A stretch of 47,490 bases of DNA, taken from NCBI GenBank assembly GCA_031409775.1, contig JANNXY010000041.1:1-47490 (forward strand), written 5' to 3'. This document shows positions 1 through 7,279 of the stretch, in pieces. The position numbers and the translations under genes are program-made. Numbering within the stretch: the stretch's first letter is position 1; each line of letters begins with the position of its first letter. The stretch is from a bacterium. GTDB lineage: Bacteria > Patescibacteriota > Minisyncoccia > Phycocordibacterales > CAIZIN01. The notes under the pieces were generated by a model. That model saw only the letters and a program-made list of their open reading frames with translations. It did no database searches and was not told the DNA's origin.

Positions 1-94
1 ACTAAATGCAACATACTCAACACCTTTCATTTCCTAGGAGTGCCAGAGAGTTATATAGCAACCTGAGATACGGGAAGGTGACTCAATCGAGAGA

Positions 95-1495
95 TTGGGG
101 TTTTTGAAGTGGGTGGGGAGGGTTTTGTGCAACAAAGCCCTGGCCGATGGCACTGTCCAGGACATCAAACTCGAAGATGAGCAAGGAGAATTGGACTTCA
201 TCATGAACCGCTTTCCTTTGCGCATGCGCAAGGCAGTGGCTACGGACAAGTTCACCGATTTCCCGGAGCATCTCGTGAAAATGCGTGAATTCGATCTCGA
301 AGAAGACAGTTTAGATTTGATTCCAGACCATCATGTGATCGAAGTCGGCAAGACCAAGAAAACCAAATTTATCCTCGATAAAGTACCCGCAGAAATGACC
401 GGACTTGAGGAGGGTGATACGGTGCTTATGCCGCTCGGAGGTTCGGGCGATTATTTGGCCTTTGCTATGTCGGTGCGAGCGGAACAGATCGGAGCCAAGG
501 TGCTCCGAATTCCACCTCGCCGTATCAAGGAAGAGCGCGGTAGGCTCGTGAATGTAACTGTCGTAGGTGTTTCCGATGATCATGATATTATCAAAGCACT
601 TTACGACGGCGAACCTGGTAGCTTCTATCCAGTCACCGCTCGGCAGCGGGATATGATTGAAGCCCGAGAAACATTCCGAGCCCGTGAACATATGCAGCAG
701 GAGCGCAAAAGCTGTGCCATGCGTGTGCGTCAGAGGGGTATCGGTGAGACATTTGTCCGTGCTGATGGCCTGTTCCCACAAGGATCGATCGAGAAACGCT
801 TCGACGAATTGCTCGCTGATGACGATCTACTCGATCTGATTACACGCAAGGAAAAACGACTTGAAACAGAGTTAGCGAAGTTTCTCGAAAGGATCCCCGT
901 ATATAACAAAGTCTTTGGATCGATCGAGGGTGTGGGCCCAGTTATTGCGGCTGGCATCATCTGCACCGTTGGCGACATCAGGCTCTTTGTGCGGAGCGGG
1001 GGCAATCTCCGTTACCGTGCAGGCAAGCTAAAGAAGTATTGCGGTGCTTGTCCGGGGCCAGATGGGAAGCTTCTCAGGAAAACAGCAGGGAAAACCTTGC
1101 CTTATACTCCAGGACCTCGGCAGGCGATATACAAATTCGCCCAGCAGATGATCAAGCGCCCAGGTTCTGATTGGGGAGTGCGTTTAGTAGCCAACAAGGC
1201 GTATTATGCTGCGAAGCATCCAATCGAAACTTTGGTTATCAAATTGCCTGCAGGAAGTACCAAAGAGTATTTGATCGATGGCGTTACTTGTCGCAAGGCA
1301 GGTACTGGTCATGAGCTTTGGGATGGTGCCGAGTGGCACAAAGTCGTTGGCAAGCGTAAGCATTTCAAGGGTCACCTGCACAAGATGGCCATCTGGAAGA
1401 CGCTGACCGAGTTCGTCGAGCATCTGTATGATGAATGGACGAGGCTCGAGGGGATCATTCCCGGTCAAGGTGGTGGTGAGGCTGCAGCGGCCTAG
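95..1495 (+). CDS. Tas-like (TIGR-associated) RNA-guided protein: IS110/Nop-family RNA-binding domain preceded by a putative RuvC-like (TasR-type) region; start codon uncertain
   Basis: C-terminal half has IS110 Transposase_20/Nop-like motifs (IEGVGPVIAAGIICTVGDIRLF, KLKKYCG, RQAIYKF, GHLHKMAIWK) after a predicted coiled coil (REHMQQERKSCAMRVRQ). No P-x-x-x-x-S-G catalytic-serine loop after YCG (reads YCGACPGPDGK). Directly followed by a dual 9-nt-spacer array. TTG start at 95 with an in-frame stop at 56-58. Confidence 0.8.
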   Translation: MGFLKWVGRVLCNKALADGTVQDIKLEDEQGELDFIMNRFPLRMRKAVATDKFTDFPEHLVKMREFDLEEDSLDLIPDHHVIEVGKTKKTKFILDKVPAEMTGLEEGDTVLMPLGGSGDYLAFAMSVRAEQIGAKVLRIPPRRIKEERGRLVNVTVVGVSDDHDIIKALYDGEPGSFYPVTARQRDMIEARETFRAREHMQQERKSCAMRVRQRGIGETFVRADGLFPQGSIEKRFDELLADDDLLDLITRKEKRLETELAKFLERIPVYNKVFGSIEGVGPVIAAGIICTVGDIRLFVRSGGNLRYRAGKLKKYCGACPGPDGKLLRKTAGKTLPYTPGPRQAIYKFAQQMIKRPGSDWGVRLVANKAYYAAKHPIETLVIKLPAGSTKEYLIDGVTCRKAGTGHELWDGAEWHKVVGKRKHFKGHLHKMAIWKTLTEFVEHLYDEWTRLEGIIPGQGGGEAAAA

Positions 1496-1509
1496 GTTTG
1501 GAAAAATTG

Positions 1510-2499
1510 GAGTGTCCTTAGATGAACATGCTACTATGCTGCTTCTGAACACCTCTTCCCGTAGTGTGCAACAACCACGCTACGGGACCCTTTCAAAGTA
1601 TTTAATTATTATTGAATCTTTTGAAAGGGTGGGCGGTCTAATGAATATATGTTTCTATGGTGGGTCTGACCACTCATCCCCAATTTCGCCTCGGCGAGTG
1701 CCGGTGTTCTAATAGCCGCCTGTTTCTATCCGCGCATTGAACACCAGCATCTTTTTCAGTTCTTTATACAATTTGGTGACGTAGGCTTGGTTAGAAATGT
1801 TTCTATTTGGTTCCTGCTTACGTTACCAACTACTTTGGCGATGTGGTCTATGACGTGCCTGTTTCTACCTGGCCCCTGACCACACCGTCAGAAATTTGAG
1901 ATGGGCTAACAGCAGCATGATTCTAAGCGGATTCTGCCCATCTCACCGCGACGACTCACCTCGTCGCGGCCTCTTTAGAGTATTTTTCGTCAAGAATTTT
2001 CTGAAGAGGATGTGTGCTTATGGACCAATGTTTCTAGATATTGTATGCACACATTCCTCTTTGCTCTTTGTACAATTTGGTAACGTAGACTTCTCGCCGT
2101 CTGATTCTATTCGATGACTGTTTACGTTACCGACTACTTTGGCGGTGTGGTCTTTCGGGGGCTTGATGCTTAAGTAAAAATGACTACACCGCCAGAAATT
2201 TGAGATGTTTTAACAACATCGTGTTTCTGAAGTCTGCGTGAACACCTCTCCTCCAGCATTTTGAGTAATCGACGTGCTGGAGGCCCTTTCAAAGGATTCA
2301 ATACGGATTGAGTATTTTGAAAGGGTGGGTGGTCTAGAGAAAGCTTGTTCCTAGAGGGCGATTGACCACCCATCCGACCCTTTGCTGGTGTTCTATGTAG
2401 ATCGTGTTTGTAAACATGAAGTGGACACCAGCATCCCTTTCAGTTCTTTGTGATTTGGTAGGCTTGTGCCGTAGTGTTTCTGTATATGGGCTGCTTATC
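1510..2499 (+). ncRNA. TIGR-like stem-loop guide RNA array, 13 units, each with two 9-nt spacers
   Basis: Each unit: 5' stem, CTA/CTT (TTA once), 9-nt spacer A, 8-nt loop repeat (TGTTTCTA consensus), 9-nt spacer B, TG, reverse complement of the 5' stem. Spacer A starts at 1520, 1641, 1712, 1789, 1851, 1909, 2020, 2093, 2155, 2213, 2337, 2396 and 2466. The 3-9-8-9-2 spacing holds in all 13 units. Confidence 0.9.
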
Positions 2500-2502
2500 T
2501 CC

Positions 2503-2536
2503 GCGGAGCGGGAAGTTTTCTTCCCGCTCCGCTTTT
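2503..2536 (+). terminator. Intrinsic terminator closing the array
   Basis: Perfect 13-bp stem GCGGAGCGGGAAG-tttt-CTTCCCGCTCCGC followed by TTTTGTATTT. Confidence 0.9.
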
Positions 2537-2597
2537 GTATTTATGTCTTTTCTTAAAATTTGCCAAAAAATCCATAATAGGTTAGTATTTGGGAACT

Positions 2598-2807
2598 ATG
2601 GTAAACCACATGAGACATACGCGGGCACATACCGCGAATCGCAGAAGCCACCATGCCCTGTCCAAGCCAGGCTTGGCTATTGACGATGCAGGCAATGCTA
2701 CACTAAGGCATCATATGAACCCTGTTACCGGCATGTACCGCGGCAAGCAGATCATCGATGTGAACAAGAAGACCGCAGTCAAGGCAAAGGCAGAAAAGGT
2801 TAAGTAA
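2598..2807 (+). CDS. rpmF: 50S ribosomal protein L32
   Basis: MVNHMRHTRAHTANRRSHHAL...LRHHMNPVTGMYRGKQII; L32 pattern without Zn-ribbon cysteines; upstream of nusB-rnc; ATG at 2598 preferred over TTG at 2589. Confidence 0.9.
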   Translation: MVNHMRHTRAHTANRRSHHALSKPGLAIDDAGNATLRHHMNPVTGMYRGKQIIDVNKKTAVKAKAEKVK

Positions 2808-2877
2808 CCTTGCTGCTTGTTGGTAATTAGATTGTTGCCGTATTTGTTTTGTGATACACTCTTAGCAAGCTATAACT

Positions 2878-3816
2878 ATGGCAAACAGGCACCTTTCCAG
2901 ATCAGTGGTTCTCCAAACACTCTTTGAGTGGGATTTTATGAGTCTCACGAGAGATAGAGCGCTGTCTGCCCTCACTCGCAATATCGTCGAATTCGCACCT
3001 GATATGGGCGATGAGTCGTTTATGACACATTTGTTCGACGGTGTCGTTTCCAAACATTCTGACTTGGACAACATAATATCCAAAGCTGCACCAGAATGGC
3101 CTCTGGCCAAGATATCGAACGTGGACCGCAACGTGCTCAGGCTTGGACTCTATGAGCTGCTGTTTGCAGAGCGCAAAGAAGTCCCACCCAAGGTTGCGAT
3201 AAATGAAGCGATAGAGCTTGCGAAGACATTTGGCGGAGAGAATTCTGGCAAATTCGTCAACGGTGTACTCGGTGCTGTGTACAAAGAAATAGGTGAACCC
3301 GGCAAAGAAGAGGTCTCTAAACGTAAAAAGATCGAGGACATTCCATTTGAAAAGATGCCGATACAGAAGCTCGTAGGTGGAGTCATATACGCCGAACACG
3401 AAGATCAGATCTACCTCGCACTAGTACATGATGTGTTTGGACATTGGACTCTTTCCAAAGGTAAGGTCAGACCAGAGGAAGATGTCTATGATGCGTTAGT
3501 GCGCAAAGCCAAGGAGGAGACAGGTTTAGAAGTTACAAGGGAAGACGAGCTTGGTAACAACGAATATGTTGCCTCTGACCCAACACTCGGCAAGATCCGC
3601 AAGCAGGTCCACTACTTCCTCGCCAAAGCTGAATACAAAGAACTGCATTTGGAAAAGAAAGGCGGACTCGACGATGCCAAATGGTTCCTAATGTCCGAGA
3701 TAGTTGACCTAAATCTATACAATGATATTGTGCCTATATTTACCAAAGCCGTAAACATATTACTAACGAAAGACCATGAAAGAAATCAAAGAATTCGAAG
3801 CAACACTGCAGAATAA
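2878..3816 (+). CDS. nusB: Transcription antitermination factor NusB fused to a C-terminal NUDIX-fold domain
   Basis: RHLSRSVVLQTLFEWDF, DRNVLRLGLYEL, AINEAIELAKTFG...KFVNGVLG; C-terminal WTLSKGKV...EE...LVRKAKEETGL Nudix-box-like motif. Confidence 0.93.
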   Translation: MANRHLSRSVVLQTLFEWDFMSLTRDRALSALTRNIVEFAPDMGDESFMTHLFDGVVSKHSDLDNIISKAAPEWPLAKISNVDRNVLRLGLYELLFAERKEVPPKVAINEAIELAKTFGGENSGKFVNGVLGAVYKEIGEPGKEEVSKRKKIEDIPFEKMPIQKLVGGVIYAEHEDQIYLALVHDVFGHWTLSKGKVRPEEDVYDALVRKAKEETGLEVTREDELGNNEYVASDPTLGKIRKQVHYFLAKAEYKELHLEKKGGLDDAKWFLMSEIVDLNLYNDIVPIFTKAVNILLTKDHERNQRIRSNTAE

Positions 3817-4468
3817 ATTTACAGACAAGAATCTACTAGAACAGGCCTTTATCCATAGGTCATATTTGAATGAGAACAGAAATGTAAGCAGGGAGCATAA
3901 CGAGCGCCTAGAATTCCTGGGTGATGCAGTGCTCGAGCTAGTAGTCACTCGCTACCTATACGACAGATATCCCGAAAAGCCCGAGGGAGATCTCACCGCA
4001 CTCCGCTCGGCTCTCGTAAACGCTGTAACACTTTCCCAAGTAGCAAGCGAATTACGTGTTAACGACTATATACTGCTTTCCAAAGGCGAGGCCAAGGACA
4101 TGGGTAGGGCTCGCAACTATATACTCGCAGATGCGCTCGAAGCGATCATCGGGGCGATTTACCTGGACCAGGGCTACGACAATGCAGAGAAATTTATACA
4201 CAAGAATATAACTGTGCGTATCGATGAAATAGTAAAGAAAAAGTTGTGGATCGATTCTAAAAGTAAATTCCAGGAAATAGCTCAGGAGCGCGTCGGTATC
4301 ACACCAGCGTATCGCACAGTGCGGGAATCAGGTCCAGACCATGACAAGATTTTCACAGTTGGACTCTACCTCGCGGACAACCTCGTATCCGAAGGGTCTG
4401 GTAAAAGCAAGCAAGAAGCCGAACAAGAAGCCGCGAGGGTTGCGCTGCATGATAGCAAATGGAAGTAG
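3776..4468 (+). CDS. rnc: Ribonuclease III
   Basis: NERLEFLGDAVL signature, ADALEAIIGAIYLDQG, C-terminal dsRBD (SGPDHDKIF, GSGKSKQEAEQEAA). Confidence 0.98.
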   Translation: MKEIKEFEATLQNKFTDKNLLEQAFIHRSYLNENRNVSREHNERLEFLGDAVLELVVTRYLYDRYPEKPEGDLTALRSALVNAVTLSQVASELRVNDYILLSKGEAKDMGRARNYILADALEAIIGAIYLDQGYDNAEKFIHKNITVRIDEIVKKKLWIDSKSKFQEIAQERVGITPAYRTVRESGPDHDKIFTVGLYLADNLVSEGSGKSKQEAEQEAARVALHDSKWK

Positions 4469-4475
4469 GTCGCTC

Positions 4476-4569
4476 GGATTATTGTCTCGCGGAACACGAA
4501 AATTATTTGCTAATAATTTTCTCTGTCCGGCGCCGTCGCGCCTCCCAGGTTTCCGCTCGACAACAATCC
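4476..4569. repeat. Intergenic nested inverted-repeat element (REP/MITE-like or structured RNA)
   Basis: GGATTATTGTCTCGCGGAA (4476-4494) pairs imperfectly with TTCCGCTCGACAACAATCC (4551-4569); inner hairpin GAAAATTATT-tgct-AATAATTTTC. Confidence 0.55.
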
Positions 4570-4615
4570 TCGCTCAGATGTAAAAACTACAGAGGTGCTG
4601 TGTTATAATCATCTT

Positions 4616-4912
4616 ATGAATAACAAAAGATATTGGTTGAGGGGAGGAATAGCAGGACTTGTCTTTAATGCGATATTTACTTTACCTGGAATTATTATTG
4701 GCATTTTTGCGCATGATGTCAGCGATGCATTCGGAACGGTTGCCGAAAAGATCTTCAATTTCTTTGGTACGATTTTACTCTACATTCCTTTAGGAAAAGA
4801 AGGTTTTCAGTTTCCTCTTTTGTTTGTCATTAGTTTCGGGTTTACCTCTATTGTCGGAGCGGTTATTGGCTGGATTTACGGAAAGATTAAAAATAGAAAC
4901 AATACTAACTAA
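4616..4912 (+). CDS. Small membrane protein, unknown function
   Basis: ATG 4616 a few nt after TGTTATAAT; 2-3 hydrophobic segments; KRYWLRGG...GAVIGWIYGKIK. Confidence 0.7.
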   Translation: MNNKRYWLRGGIAGLVFNAIFTLPGIIIGIFAHDVSDAFGTVAEKIFNFFGTILLYIPLGKEGFQFPLLFVISFGFTSIVGAVIGWIYGKIKNRNNTN

Positions 4913-4940
4913 TTTAAAGGGATCGAAATCGACCACTTTA

Positions 4941-5015
4941 AAACCCATCGAATTCGATGGGTTTATCCCTCTCCTGCATTTAGGAGAGGGATCGAGACGT
5001 AGTCCGAGGGTGAGG
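4941..5015. repeat. REP-like palindromic element
   Basis: Perfect 24-bp palindrome AAACCCATCGAATTCGATGGGTTT, then hairpin ATCCCTCTCCT-gcattt-AGGAGAGGGAT and tail TCGAGACGTAGTCCGAGGGTGAGG similar to 33894-33916. Confidence 0.65.
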
Positions 5016-5035
5016 TAGTATGGTATTATTATTTC

Positions 5036-7279
5036 ATGTATCTCAAATCCCTCGAAATCAACGGCTTCAAGTCATTTGGCAAGAAAGTGGCCTTGGAATT
5101 TACTTCACCCATTACATCTGTGGTGGGGCCGAATGGTTCCGGCAAGAGTAATGTTGCAGAGTCATTTAGGTTTGTACTCGGAGAGCAGTCGATGAGGTCC
5201 ATGCGTGGCAAACGTGGAGAGGATCTGATATTTAATGGGTCGGATGCAGGTCAGCAGAGTCTGTCTAGACTGAACCGTGCATCGGTCAAGCTTGTTTTCG
5301 ACAATAGTAAAAAAATCCTACCAATCGATTTCGACGAAGTATCGCTCGAGCGCGTTGTGCATCGAGATGGCGTCAATGAATATTTCCTCAACGGATCCCA
5401 GGTTAGACTCAAAGACATTCAGGAATTGCTCTCCCATGCCCATATCGGGTCATCGGGACATCACATCATCTCCCAAGGTGAAGCAGACCGGATACTGAGT
5501 GCCAATACCAAAGAGCGCAAGAGTATGCTTGAAGACGCTCTGGGGTTGAATGTATTCCAGAACAAGAAGCTAGAGAGTCAGAGGAAGCTAGAGAAGACTA
5601 CAGAGAACATAAAGCAGGTAGAATCCCTACGAAGGGAGCTCGCACCACATTTGAAATTCCTCGGCAAACAGATGGAAAAGGTGGAGAAAGCCGAGACACT
5701 CCGAGCCGACCTCCGCCAGATCTACAAAGAATATTTGAAAAGGGAAGAATTGTATTTAATGAATTCCAAATCCTCTATCGAAGCTGAATTGTCTAACCCC
5801 GAATCAGAATTAGCAGAGCTTGCGGGCAGGATAGAAATGATCCGCAAATCGCTAACTGTATCCGAAGGTGAGAATGCCCCCAAACTCGAGCTTATAGAAG
5901 CAGAGCGCAAGTTCCGTGAGAAGCAAAATGAAAAGCAAAAGCTGTCGCACTCTATAGGACGTCTAGAAGGTGAGTTGTCATCATTACATAGGATGATCGA
6001 ACGCAGTCAGAGGCAGGTAGAGGAAGAGAGTCACCACATAGTTCCGCTAGTAGAGATAGAGAAAATAGTAAGAGAAATAAACCAAGATTTCGAAAAAGCC
6101 GAGAAGGAAAACTCTATAGAATTGTTTAAGTCTGCATTTGGCAAGATGCGTGATGTATTCAACAACTTCATAAGTAATCACAAAGTAAAACCAGTCGTAA
6201 GCAGTGGAGAGAATTATCAAGAAGAAATGGATAAGCTGCAAAAAGAGAAAGAAAGAACACTTCTAGATCTAGAGCGGGTAGGTAGCGAGGAGCAGGAATT
6301 GCAATCGAAGATAAGGTCGCTCAATCATGAAATAGAGGTAAAAAGTAAAGACAACCTCGATGCTGAGCGAGAAATGTTCCAGATCATGTCTAGACAGAAC
6401 GAGCTACAGAGCCAGACCAACCTGCTCCGATCCAAAAAAAACCAGCTCGCTCTCGAACACGACGAATGGAAAAGGGAAGTGAACGAGGCGTATGTGCTCA
6501 TCGGTCGGGAGATTATGGAATACGAATCATTGCAGATCGAATACTCTAACGAGGATCGTAGCATCCAGCACGATAGACGTAGACAGATAGAGAAGGTCAA
6601 GATCCGCATAGAAGAGCTAGGTATCGGTGGTATAGAAGAGCTGACCAAAGAATATAGAGAAGCGCAGGAGCGTGATGGATTCCTAGCGCGCGAAGTGGTA
6701 GATCTGGTCGCTTCGGGTGATGATCTCCAGATACTCATAAAGGACCTCGAAGAAAAGATAAATACAGAGTTCAAGTCAGGTATAGAAAAGATAAATACAG
6801 AATTCCAGAAATACTTCGAGCTCCTGTTTGGTGGAGGCAAGGCATCTCTCAAGGTTGTAAGGGAAGAAGCCTCCGACGCTGAAGCTATGGAGGCCGAGGG
6901 AGGCTTGCCCGCCGAAGCTTCAGCGAAGGCGGGGATTGATATCTCAGTAGATCTGCCAAAGAAGAAAGTGAAAGCACTTATGATGCTCTCTGGCGGCGAA
7001 AGGGCACTGACGTCTATCGCACTGCTGTTTGCCATGTCGCAGGTCAATCCTCCGCCGTTTATAATCCTCGACGAGACTGATGCCGCGCTCGACGAGGCCA
7101 ATTCCAAGAAATATGGCGACATGATCGAAGCTCTAGCCAAGTACTCCCAGCTCATCGTGATCACCCACAACCGCGAAACTATGTCTCGCGCGGGCATTAT
7201 CTACGGAGTTACTATGATGTCTGGGCTTTCCAAGCTCCTCTCTATCAAATTCGACGAAGCTGTTGCTGTAGCTAAGTAA
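5036..7279 (+). CDS. smc: SMC-family chromosome segregation ATPase (short form)
   Basis: MYLKSLEINGFKSF, Walker A GPNGSGKSN, Q-loop IISQG, signature LSGGE, Walker B FIILDETDAALD, VITH; long coiled coil; only 747 aa. Confidence 0.95.
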   Translation: MYLKSLEINGFKSFGKKVALEFTSPITSVVGPNGSGKSNVAESFRFVLGEQSMRSMRGKRGEDLIFNGSDAGQQSLSRLNRASVKLVFDNSKKILPIDFDEVSLERVVHRDGVNEYFLNGSQVRLKDIQELLSHAHIGSSGHHIISQGEADRILSANTKERKSMLEDALGLNVFQNKKLESQRKLEKTTENIKQVESLRRELAPHLKFLGKQMEKVEKAETLRADLRQIYKEYLKREELYLMNSKSSIEAELSNPESELAELAGRIEMIRKSLTVSEGENAPKLELIEAERKFREKQNEKQKLSHSIGRLEGELSSLHRMIERSQRQVEEESHHIVPLVEIEKIVREINQDFEKAEKENSIELFKSAFGKMRDVFNNFISNHKVKPVVSSGENYQEEMDKLQKEKERTLLDLERVGSEEQELQSKIRSLNHEIEVKSKDNLDAEREMFQIMSRQNELQSQTNLLRSKKNQLALEHDEWKREVNEAYVLIGREIMEYESLQIEYSNEDRSIQHDRRRQIEKVKIRIEELGIGGIEELTKEYREAQERDGFLAREVVDLVASGDDLQILIKDLEEKINTEFKSGIEKINTEFQKYFELLFGGGKASLKVVREEASDAEAMEAEGGLPAEASAKAGIDISVDLPKKKVKALMMLSGGERALTSIALLFAMSQVNPPPFIILDETDAALDEANSKKYGDMIEALAKYSQLIVITHNRETMSRAGIIYGVTMMSGLSKLLSIKFDEAVAVAK
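6869..6933. repeat. Pair of GC-rich palindromic units in frame within smc
   Basis: GCCTCC-gacgctgaagctat-GGAGGC and CCCGCC-gaagcttcagcgaa-GGCGGG, translating as ASDAEAMEA...LPAEASAKAG just upstream of the GIDI...LSGGE region. Confidence 0.65.

Noticed and set aside
1-30. Possible start of a minus-strand gene (MKGVEYVAFS) leaving the window
   Set aside because: Only 10 codons are visible, too few to support a call
95-1495. Ordinary IS110 transposase with a single bridge RNA
   Set aside because: No catalytic-serine SG loop is visible, and the flanking RNA is 13 equivalent dual-spacer units rather than one target loop plus one donor loop
1641-1666. Unit 2 predicted target translates as MNIDPP, resembling the IDPPY motif of the mod gene
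   Set aside because: The mod DNA (ATTTACATCGATCCGCCA) differs at many positions from ATGAATATAGACCCACCA, so it is not a self-target here
1510-2499. CRISPR array
   Set aside because: No 25-40-bp identical repeats, spacers are 9 nt and paired, and there are no cas genes in the window
1428-2683. Short ORFs 1428-1712, 1896-2117, 2170-2373 and 2474-2683
   Set aside because: They overlap the structured array or terminator, have no protein motifs and are best explained as chance frames
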